Shown here: piece after piece, positions 56,573 through 64,000 of the stretch
Position numbering within the stretch: the first letter of the stretch is position 1
Layout: the number at the start of each line of letters is the position of its first letter
Assembly (NCBI GenBank): GCA_965243235.1
Contig: CBDEUI010000004.1
Coordinates: 1,298,031 to 1,362,030 of the forward strand
Length of the DNA: 64,000 bases
Direction of reading: 5' to 3'
Source: Dehalococcoidia bacterium
Lineage (GTDB): Bacteria > Chloroflexota > Dehalococcoidia > Lucifugimonadales > Lucifugimonadaceae
The notes under the pieces: model-generated
The model's input: the letters and a program-made list of their open reading frames with translations, nothing else
The model's database searches: none
Told to the model about the DNA's origin: nothing
Program-made: the position numbers and the translations under genes

Positions 56573-57859
56573 ATGGAAGAAATAGTCGCACCTGATTTCG
56601 GAGAATCGGTCTTCGAAGCCTCTGTCGGCCAGTGGTTCAAATCCACTGGCGACGCTGTTGAGGTCGGAGAGCCGATAGTAGAGTTGCACACCGACAAAGC
56701 TGTTCAGGAAATAAACGCGGTGCAGAGCGGCACTATTGGAACGCTGCTCAAGCAGGTCGATGACGTAGTGCGACCAGGAGACGCCCTTTGCGAATTCCAA
56801 TCGGCTGGTTCACAACCGCCGTCAGCACGGGAAGAAGAACCAGTCGATGTAGTTGCAACTGAAGAGGTTGCGATAATCGAGATGGCCGTGGAGGACGAAC
56901 CGGAAATAGATGAGGCTCCAGACATCGAAGCCGCTTCGGATGACGCCGACCAGGAAGACGACGGATATGTAGAGATCCAGTTCGGCCCCTTTGTCGAAAT
57001 GCCCTCCATCCCAGAAGCAGTCGAAGAGGAAGGCGTAGAGGAATCTCTAGACACAGGTGCCACTGAAGGTGACGCATCGGCAACCGAGACGGCTGCACCA
57101 GCGGTGGTAGAACCTGAGGCAGACCCCCAAATCTCCGAGTTGCATCAGATCGTTGAGGACAAACCGGTACGTCGCGAACGGCTGTCTCGCCGTCGATTAA
57201 CGACCGCTCGGCGCATGTCACAAGTACAAGCTGAAGCGGTGATGACGACCACCTACAACGAGGTCGACATGTACGAGGTTATCCGCATTCGCCGCGACTT
57301 CGGCCCACAGTTTTTGGAGTCCAATGGTGTGAGACTCGGCTTCATGTCGTTCTTCGTCAAAGCCGTCCTCAACGGCCTGAAGGCGTTCCCGATACTCAAC
57401 TCCGAGCTAGATGAGAACGAACTCGTCTACAAGGAGTACTACGACATCGGCGTCGCCGTTGCCAGCGACCACGGCTTGGTCGTGCCTGTGGTACGTGACG
57501 CGGACGATAAGTCATTCGCAGAGATAGAAACCGAAATCCGCGGCTTCGCCGACAAAGCCCGTACAGGATCATTTGCGCTGGAAGACCTAGTCGGAGGCAC
57601 GTTCACCATCACCAACGGCGGAGTGTTCGGATCGATGATGTCAACCCCGATACTGAACCCGCCCCAAGTCGGCATCTTGGGTATGCACAACATCGTTGAT
57701 AGGGCAGTGGTCGTTGACGGGCAGATTACGATCCGCCCAATGATGTACCTCGCGGTCACCTACGACCACCGCGTCGTCGAAGGCGCTCAAGCCGTTCAGT
57801 TCCTCATGCGGATAAAGGAATCTCTCGAATCGGCAGAGCTTCTGATGCTCGCCAACTGA
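56573..57859 (+). CDS. sucB: Dihydrolipoyllysine-residue succinyltransferase E2 component
   Basis: Lipoyl domain (ELHTDKA), an acidic/Ala-Pro linker, and a catalytic domain ending in DHRVVEGAQAVQFL. Confidence 0.9.
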   Translation: MEEIVAPDFGESVFEASVGQWFKSTGDAVEVGEPIVELHTDKAVQEINAVQSGTIGTLLKQVDDVVRPGDALCEFQSAGSQPPSAREEEPVDVVATEEVAIIEMAVEDEPEIDEAPDIEAASDDADQEDDGYVEIQFGPFVEMPSIPEAVEEEGVEESLDTGATEGDASATETAAPAVVEPEADPQISELHQIVEDKPVRRERLSRRRLTTARRMSQVQAEAVMTTTYNEVDMYEVIRIRRDFGPQFLESNGVRLGFMSFFVKAVLNGLKAFPILNSELDENELVYKEYYDIGVAVASDHGLVVPVVRDADDKSFAEIETEIRGFADKARTGSFALEDLVGGTFTITNGGVFGSMMSTPILNPPQVGILGMHNIVDRAVVVDGQITIRPMMYLAVTYDHRVVEGAQAVQFLMRIKESLESAELLMLAN

Positions 57860-57867
57860 CCAGCCCT

Positions 57868-59094
57868 TTAGAAGCTGAAGTTGGCCTCCGCCTTGTCGGC
57901 GATGTAGTTGCCGATAACCAGCGAAGATGTTGCGCCGGGAGACGGAGCGTTTAGGACGTGCACCGCGGTCGAACTCTCGTCGATGCGGAAGTCGTCCAAC
58001 AGCGTGCCGTCGCTGTGGACCGCCTGCGCTCTCACACCCGAACCTCCAGGCGCTAGATCTGACTTCTTCAACGAAGGCATCAGCTTCTGCAGGCTCTTCA
58101 GAAACACCCCTTTGCGCAGAGAACGGTTCATCTCCCAAAGGCCGACCTTCCAGCTCTGCATCGACATCTTCCAGAAACCCGGGAAGGCGACGGTTCGTCC
58201 GAAATCCGTAAACGAGAAGTCGCGTTTGCGATAACCCTCTCGTTTGAGTGCCAACACCGCGTTGGGGCCCGCCTCGACCCAACCTTTCATAGTCTGTGTG
58301 AGGTGCACGCCGAGGAACGGAAATGCCGGATCTGGCACCGGGTAAATCAACCCTTTGACCATGTGCTCGCTCGATTTGGCTAGTGTGTAGTACTCGCCTC
58401 GGAAGGGAATGATGCGGAGCCCTGGGTTCACACCACTCATCGCTGCCACGAGATCGGAGTGCAGACCGGCGCAGTTCACTAGGAACTTTGTTTCTATCTC
58501 TCCAGATGTCGTCTCCAAGGTGTAGTTGGTGCCATCAGACCTGCGAATGCCGTTGCTGATGTTTTTGACTTCCGAATTGAACCGGATATCGCCGCCTAGT
58601 GACTGAACCTTTTCGCGATAGACATCCGCGACCTTGCGGTAGTCGACGATACCCGTTTTCGGCGCGTAAAGTGCCTTTGTGCCCTCAACGAACGGCTCAA
58701 TCTCGCCCATCTCCTCACGGTTGACGAGCCGGAGTCCTTCGACCGCGTTATTGGTGCCGCGCTCGAACAGATCATCGAGCCGCGCTTCCTCAGCGGGATT
58801 AGTCGCCACGATCAACTTGCCGCAGGTCCAGACGGGTATTTCATTGTCGAGACAGAACTGCGTCATTGACGCGCGACCTTCGACGCAGAATTGGGCTTTG
58901 AACGATCCGGGTTTGTAGTAGATGCCAGAATGGATGACGCCGCTGTTGTGTCCGGACTGCTGAGAAGCCGGCGCGTCAGCCTTTTCCACAACCGTCAGCT
59001 TCAATCCCGGTCGGCGTTGCAAAAGTTGCATAGCCGTTGATAGCCCGATTAGTCCCGCCCCGACCACAGTTACATCTTGCCGACCGTTACTCAA
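57868..59094 (-). CDS. lhgO: L-2-hydroxyglutarate oxidase/dehydrogenase (FAD)
   Basis: 408 aa. VVGAGLIGLSTA and SGHNSGVIHSGIYYKPGS motifs. Confidence 0.8.
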   Translation of the reverse strand: MSNGRQDVTVVGAGLIGLSTAMQLLQRRPGLKLTVVEKADAPASQQSGHNSGVIHSGIYYKPGSFKAQFCVEGRASMTQFCLDNEIPVWTCGKLIVATNPAEEARLDDLFERGTNNAVEGLRLVNREEMGEIEPFVEGTKALYAPKTGIVDYRKVADVYREKVQSLGGDIRFNSEVKNISNGIRRSDGTNYTLETTSGEIETKFLVNCAGLHSDLVAAMSGVNPGLRIIPFRGEYYTLAKSSEHMVKGLIYPVPDPAFPFLGVHLTQTMKGWVEAGPNAVLALKREGYRKRDFSFTDFGRTVAFPGFWKMSMQSWKVGLWEMNRSLRKGVFLKSLQKLMPSLKKSDLAPGGSGVRAQAVHSDGTLLDDFRIDESSTAVHVLNAPSPGATSSLVIGNYIADKAEANFSF

Positions 59095-59234
59095 TTGTCA
59101 CGCCTCGCTGTATGACACTGACGGCGCAGTCCGGGACATGCCAACTCGAATGTCAACGCGCCGTAGCATGTTCCCGATTTTAGCAGTGGGCTAAGTGCCG
59201 AATCTTCGCCCACGCGTTTTATGCTGAATAGGTC

Positions 59235-60014
59235 ATGGACAACGGAAACGCCAGCGAATTGCCGACAAGGGTAAACCTGTTCGTCACCTGTCTCGTCGAT
59301 CAATTCGCGCCGAATGTCGGCATGAGTGTCGTCAACATCTTGGAAGCGCAGGGCATAGAGGTCCATTTCCCTCCCGACCAGACTTGCTGCGGTCAACCGG
59401 CCTTTAACAGCGGGTTTCGAAACGACGCTCGCCCCGTGGCATCGAGGTTCTTGGATGTCTTCGAAGCGACCGAGGGACCTATCGTTTGCCCATCTGGCTC
59501 GTGCGTGGCGATGGTTAGGAACTTCTACGAAGATCTCTTCCGCGGACAGCCTAATGAGTTGGCTAGAGCTCAACGACTGTCCGAACGCATTTACGAATTC
59601 ACCGAGTTCATCGTCGACGTACTCGGCATCGAAGATTTGAACGTCGAAACCAACATCGATGCCACCTATCATCGCTGTTGCCACCTTCTAAGAGAGCTCC
59701 ACATCGACGAGCAACCGACTTCGCTTTTGGAGAACGTCGATGGATTGACAGTGAAACCGATGGAGCGCAACGAGGTGTGCTGCGGCTTTGGCGGCGCGTT
59801 CTCGGTAAAGATGTCAGATGTCTCCACCGCGATGCTGAATGAGAAGTTGGACAACGTTGTAGCTACAGGTGCATCGACTCTCATAGCAGGCGACACTGGC
59901 TGCATCATGCACATGCAGGGTGGACTGCGAAGACGCGGCGAGGATGTTCAAGTCGTCCACATAGCAGAACTGCTGGACGCCGAATCAGACTTGAATCGAG
60001 CCTCGAAGTCGTGA
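59235..60014 (+). CDS. lutA: Lactate utilization protein A (CCG-domain Fe-S oxidoreductase)
   Basis: Two CCG motifs (CCGQPAF and CCGFGGAF). Confidence 0.85.
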   Translation: MDNGNASELPTRVNLFVTCLVDQFAPNVGMSVVNILEAQGIEVHFPPDQTCCGQPAFNSGFRNDARPVASRFLDVFEATEGPIVCPSGSCVAMVRNFYEDLFRGQPNELARAQRLSERIYEFTEFIVDVLGIEDLNVETNIDATYHRCCHLLRELHIDEQPTSLLENVDGLTVKPMERNEVCCGFGGAFSVKMSDVSTAMLNEKLDNVVATGASTLIAGDTGCIMHMQGGLRRRGEDVQVVHIAELLDAESDLNRASKS

Positions 60015-61450
60015 AATCGACGACAAAAGAGTTTCGCAACGCGGCTTCGCGAGCGTTGGCCGATGTCCGTCTCCAACAGGCCCACGAGGTTGTTTACAAC
60101 GGATTCCACAAGGCCCGACTCTCAGCCGCGGGTGATACTGACGACTGGGAAGCCCAACGGACTCTCGGCAAGGCGATCAAAGACCACACCATCGCCAATC
60201 TCGACTACTACCTCGACATGCTCGCCACCAATGTCGAGAAAAACGGAGGGAACGTCTACTTCGCGCGCGACGGCGAAGACGCCAATGCATACATCCGCGG
60301 AATAGCAGCTAAAAACGATGTCTCAACGGTTATTAAGAGCAAGTCGATGGTTTCCGAGGAGATGGGTCTCAATCATGTCCTCGAAGCCGATGGCATCGAA
60401 GTCGTTGAGACCGACTTGGGCGAATACATCGTTCAACTGGCAGGCGAGGCACCGTACCACATCATCGCGCCCGCCATCCACAAGACAAAGGCGCAGGTCG
60501 CCGATTTGTTGGCTGAGGAGTCGAGATCGGAACGTCGTGAAACCGCCGAGGAACTGACGCGTCAAGCGCGCGAAATGCTTCGCGAGGTATTCCAACGCGC
60601 TGATCTTTCAGTAACCGGGGCCAACTTTGCCGTCGCAGAAACCGGTTCCATCGTCCTCGTTACAAACGAGGGCAATGGCCGTATGGCTACATCGATGCCA
60701 CGCATCCACGTCGCTGCAATGGGTATGGAAAAGCTGGTACCGTCCGCCGCCGATCTCAGCGCGATGTTGCGGATACTCATCCGATCCGCCACAGGCCAAC
60801 GTATCTCCGCCTACGTAACGATGGTCAACGGCCCTCGCGCGCAGGACGAGGAGGATGGCCCTGAAGAGTTCCACCTCGTAATCATGAACAATGGTCGCGA
60901 CAGACTGTTGCGAGACGAGTCTTTGCGCGAAGCCTTGAACTGCATCCGTTGCGGCGCCTGCATGAACTCGTGCCCCGTGTACCGCAAAGTGGGCGGGCAC
61001 TCTTATGGATGGGTATACCCGGGTCCGATTGGATCGATAGTATCGCCGGTACTAACCGGACTAAAAGACGGTGCCAAATTACCAGCGGCTTCGTCGCTGT
61101 GTGGCGCGTGTCACGAGGCCTGCCCAGTGAAAATCAACATCCCCCGGATGTTGCTCGAACTGCGGTCGCAGACCGCGCAGGGCGATCCTGACCCGCAGCA
61201 ACGAGCGTCGGGATTTGTTGAGCGTATGACATGGAAGGCTTGGCGACAAGGTATGATGAGCCGGTCACGATTCGAGGCCGGATCAAGCGTCGGCAAAATC
61301 GCCACCGCGCCGTTAAAGCGGGACGGTTGGCTTAGGAAGGTCCCACCGCCGATTTCAGGTTGGACTGAGAGCAGGGATTTTCCTGCTCCTGCCGCCAAGA
61401 CGTTCGGCAAGATGTTTGCGGAACGCAACAAAGCCAAAAACGGACGATGA
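60011..61450 (+). CDS. lutB: Lactate utilization protein B (4Fe-4S, LUD domain)
   Basis: CIRCGACMNSCPVY and CGACHEACPV ferredoxin motifs. Confidence 0.85.
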   Translation: MKSTTKEFRNAASRALADVRLQQAHEVVYNGFHKARLSAAGDTDDWEAQRTLGKAIKDHTIANLDYYLDMLATNVEKNGGNVYFARDGEDANAYIRGIAAKNDVSTVIKSKSMVSEEMGLNHVLEADGIEVVETDLGEYIVQLAGEAPYHIIAPAIHKTKAQVADLLAEESRSERRETAEELTRQAREMLREVFQRADLSVTGANFAVAETGSIVLVTNEGNGRMATSMPRIHVAAMGMEKLVPSAADLSAMLRILIRSATGQRISAYVTMVNGPRAQDEEDGPEEFHLVIMNNGRDRLLRDESLREALNCIRCGACMNSCPVYRKVGGHSYGWVYPGPIGSIVSPVLTGLKDGAKLPAASSLCGACHEACPVKINIPRMLLELRSQTAQGDPDPQQRASGFVERMTWKAWRQGMMSRSRFEAGSSVGKIATAPLKRDGWLRKVPPPISGWTESRDFPAPAAKTFGKMFAERNKAKNGR

Positions 61451-61481
61451 TCTAGCTACATACGCGACGACGAGGAACACC

Positions 61482-61700
61482 ATGAAAGACGAGAGTTCGA
61501 CAGATAGTACGCAGCATGTCCCCAGCATCCCGAGATACGTCATCGGCATAATCGTCGGCGTTGTCTCTGTGCTACTCGGCGCGTTCTTCCTGACAGAGCC
61601 GACTTGGTTGCGAATCTTGATCCTAGTGCTCGGCGTGCTCCAATTGATCGTCACAGGTTTCCATACACGTCAGGTAATTCAATACTTTTCATCGAAGTAA
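61482..61700 (+). CDS. Small 2-TM membrane protein (73 aa) between lutB and lutC
   Basis: MKDESSTDSTQHVPSIPRYVIGIIVGVVSVLLGAFFLTEPTWLRILILVLGVLQLIVTGF... Two clear hydrophobic helices. Confidence 0.45.
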   Translation: MKDESSTDSTQHVPSIPRYVIGIIVGVVSVLLGAFFLTEPTWLRILILVLGVLQLIVTGFHTRQVIQYFSSK

Positions 61701-61721
61701 AGCCTGAGTAGCAATTCCACC

Positions 61722-62465
61722 ATGGACCGTCAGGAATTCTTATCAAACATCAGCTCCGCTTTGGGCCGTGCTGCGCCGCCGACAGATGTTGCCCCAACAC
61801 CTGTGCGCTACCCCGATCTGTCAGAGGCCCAAATTGTTGCCGAAGAGACACGCTCTGAAGTAGCCGCACGATCGGCAGAACTGCTTGACGACGCTGCTGA
61901 AGCGATGGCGACCGCGGGATGGAACGTGCACCGAGCAGAGACCATGGAAGACGTTGGCGACATGATAGCCGGGATCTGCCGGGATATTGGCGCTGAAAAG
62001 GCACTGCGTTCCGGTCACGAGGTTCTGGACGAAGCCCTTATCGACGCGGCGTTAGAACGTGCAGATATCGAACTCCGCGACATGACGCTAAACGTCGGGA
62101 TGTCCGAAGAAGAACGCAATGCAATGCGATCGGAGCATAGAGAGGAAGTGTTCCAAACCAACGTGGGCATCACGGGAGGGGACTATGTCGTAGCTGAAAC
62201 CGGCACCCTCGTCATCCATCCGAAAAAGGGCGTGTCCAGACTCACCTCACTCGCACCTCCGGTCCACATCGCGGTCATCAAACGCGGTCAAGTCCTGCCG
62301 TCGTTGGATGAATTGTTCTTGCTCGAACACGTTGACCTGAACAGCGGCGAACGGCACGCGGCGATGAACCTCATTTCAGGTCCGTCTCGCACTGGTGACA
62401 TCGAAGCCACAATTGTGCATGGGATCCACGGCCCCGTGGAGACGCACGTGGTTCTGGTGGGCTGA
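61722..62465 (+). CDS. lutC: Lactate utilization protein C (LUD domain)
   Basis: 247 aa, position after lutAB, with an LUD-type C-terminal region (GPSRTGDIE). Confidence 0.8.
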   Translation: MDRQEFLSNISSALGRAAPPTDVAPTPVRYPDLSEAQIVAEETRSEVAARSAELLDDAAEAMATAGWNVHRAETMEDVGDMIAGICRDIGAEKALRSGHEVLDEALIDAALERADIELRDMTLNVGMSEEERNAMRSEHREEVFQTNVGITGGDYVVAETGTLVIHPKKGVSRLTSLAPPVHIAVIKRGQVLPSLDELFLLEHVDLNSGERHAAMNLISGPSRTGDIEATIVHGIHGPVETHVVLVG

Positions 62466-62474
62466 TTCACCGCC

Positions 62475-62494
62475 ATTCCCGCGCAGGCGGGAAT
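62475..62494. repeat. REP-like palindrome ATTCCC-N8-GGGAAT
   Basis: ATTCCCGCGCAGGCGGGAAT read directly. A diverged same-orientation copy, ACACCCGCGTAGGCAGGTAT, lies at 62628-62647. Confidence 0.5.
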
Positions 62495-62875
62495 CCAGAG
62501 GGGTGGTGCGAACGGACTACAGACCCTTCGCAATGCTTAGAGATCCGCAAGGGACATACACACAAACACGCGTCTAAACTCAGTCATTCAAAGTGAAACT
62601 ACCATCGTCCCTATCACAACTACCATCACACCCGCGTAGGCAGGTATCCAAGTGGACCACGCACCGACTGGTTTATTCCGGTTGCGACACTTTTGCAATC
62701 GTCTCCGATTCAGAAGAGGGTCAGGGATCGGGGACGAGCAAATAAAGCACATATATCGCATGCTCATCTCAATTTGTGCCACATTGAAATCGTGTCAATA
62801 ATGCGATCCGCGTAAGATTTGGGCTTGGATCAGCAGGAGCACTCGCGAGTAGTACCGGCGAGAGCGGCTCAGGCA

Positions 62876-64000
62876 ATGCATACACCAGAAAACACGCCAC
62901 AACCCGTAATCTACACTCCCGGAGACATCCCTGAACTTGGCGAAGGTCCCGAACTAGCAACGATTGAGCAGAGGCTGGGCGCGTTTCTGATTGACGCAAT
63001 CCTTGGCGGTGGGGTAGTACTCGCCGCATTCGTATTCTCGGCATGGTGTTCGAATGGCGAATTGTGGTTTAACGATTCTGGCGCCTTGCTTGGATTCATC
63101 CCCACTCTAGCGGTCCTGCTTCTAGGATGGTCCATCTTTGTGATCGACAAGGTTGGAACTACTGGTCAGACAATCGGCAAAAGCATCGTTGGCATAAAAG
63201 TCATCCCAGTTGAACCGATCATCGATGGCGAAGAAATCCGGCTGGGGTTTGGTAGGGCATTCGCAAGGGAGATCGTAGGTAAAAACATCCTCGGTTCACT
63301 GACCTTAGGAATAGGGTTGCTAGCTGCCCTTTTCAGCGAGCGCCGGCAGGGTTTGCAAGACCAATTGGCAGCAACGATTGTAGTTAAGTCGGAAGAGTAC
63401 GAAGAATGGATTTATTGGGCGAGTGAAGCAACGTGGCAATTGGAACAGGAACAACGAAGCCAGGAAGAGCGGTGGGAACTCGAGCTTAATCGGATCGAAC
63501 GCGATAAAAGACTGCGCGCCACGCAAGAACGAGAGCGCCAGCGGTTGATAGAGGAAAGCCGTGCCAGGCGCGAAGAGACCAACAGGATGTTTGGTAAATG
63601 GGAAACCGAGGATCAAAGAAATGAAAGGATACAGCGGCAGGAACGTGCGGATCGTGAAGAGAGGCGAAGACGCGATAGAGAACGGATTGAATACGAGAGA
63701 AATCAGCGCGCCTATCAGCAAAGCGAAGTAGGGCGGATCATCCAAGAAAACCGAGCTAGTCGGCAAACAATCAATTCGCTGAAACGTAAACTCGGGCGAA
63801 GGGAAACCGATGTCGAAAGACGCGAACGTATGAAGGCGGAAGAACGCGCCGAACGTGAACTGAGAAAACGGCTTGAACAGGAGATGGGATTGATTAAAAC
63901 CGATGACGAAGAACGAGAGACGAGAGAACGACGAGTGCGGGAACAGCATGAACAGCGCGAGCGAGAACGTCTGAAACGTGAAGGACTGGAACGCGCAGAC
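62876..64000 (+). CDS. RDD-family membrane protein with a long Glu/Arg-rich coiled-coil tail (3' end beyond the window)
   Basis: My own translation from ATG 62876 gives MHTPENTPQP...RLGAFLIDAILGG...GQTIGKSIVGIKV..., then more than 190 aa of ERRERMKAEERAERELRKRLEQE-type sequence. It is open for exactly 375 codons to 64000. It is absent from the ORF track, which shows only the antisense shadow 63320-63949. Confidence 0.75.
   Translation, partial: MHTPENTPQPVIYTPGDIPELGEGPELATIEQRLGAFLIDAILGGGVVLAAFVFSAWCSNGELWFNDSGALLGFIPTLAVLLLGWSIFVIDKVGTTGQTIGKSIVGIKVIPVEPIIDGEEIRLGFGRAFAREIVGKNILGSLTLGIGLLAALFSERRQGLQDQLAATIVVKSEEYEEWIYWASEATWQLEQEQRSQEERWELELNRIERDKRLRATQERERQRLIEESRARREETNRMFGKWETEDQRNERIQRQERADREERRRRDRERIEYERNQRAYQQSEVGRIIQENRASRQTINSLKRKLGRRETDVERRERMKAEERAERELRKRLEQEMGLIKTDDEERETRERRVREQHEQRERERLKREGLERAD

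Overview
This 64-kb window reads as a chromosomal, mostly housekeeping and central-metabolism segment of a mid/high-GC bacterium. It is probably Chloroflexota, possibly a marine SAR202-like lineage. That placement is an inference from the DUF2298 'YYY' + TIGR03663 membrane-protein pair, several enolase-superfamily paralogs and a Bacillus-type long SRP RNA. I support about 55 protein genes: hisA/hisH, an Fe-S assembly pair, sat, lepA, galU, rsmA, ispE, a DinG-exonuclease fusion, OGG, CCA-adding enzyme, rnc, ftsY, a NuoEFG-like module, trxA, sucAB, lhgO, lutABC and others. There are three RNA genes: tRNA-Gly(UCC), a long SRP RNA and tRNA-Sec. I see no transposase, integrase, prophage, CRISPR array or recognisable defence island. 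The points most worth a second look are these. (1) A DsbA-like gene has an in-frame TGA exactly in the CxxC slot (MKIDVFIDYT-TGA-PWV), with a downstream stem-loop, and a tRNA-Sec(UCA) gene lies in the same window; this is a candidate selenoprotein that the ORF track truncates. (2) A ~790-bp hairpin-dense non-coding spacer (28.1-28.9 kb) sits between convergent genes and is preceded by a near-consensus sigma70-type promoter with a 14-nt perfect palindrome in its spacer; it could be an unclassified structured RNA or a repeat cluster. (3) A four- to five-gene envelope cluster (38.3-46.5 kb) has no known function. (4) A NuoE/NuoF/FdhA-like trio has its Sec/Cys-His active-site residues replaced, and lies upstream of trxA and selC. 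(5) An orphan nuclease-fold-like ORF sits inside a catabolic operon. All functional calls come from motif recognition by eye; no database search was run.
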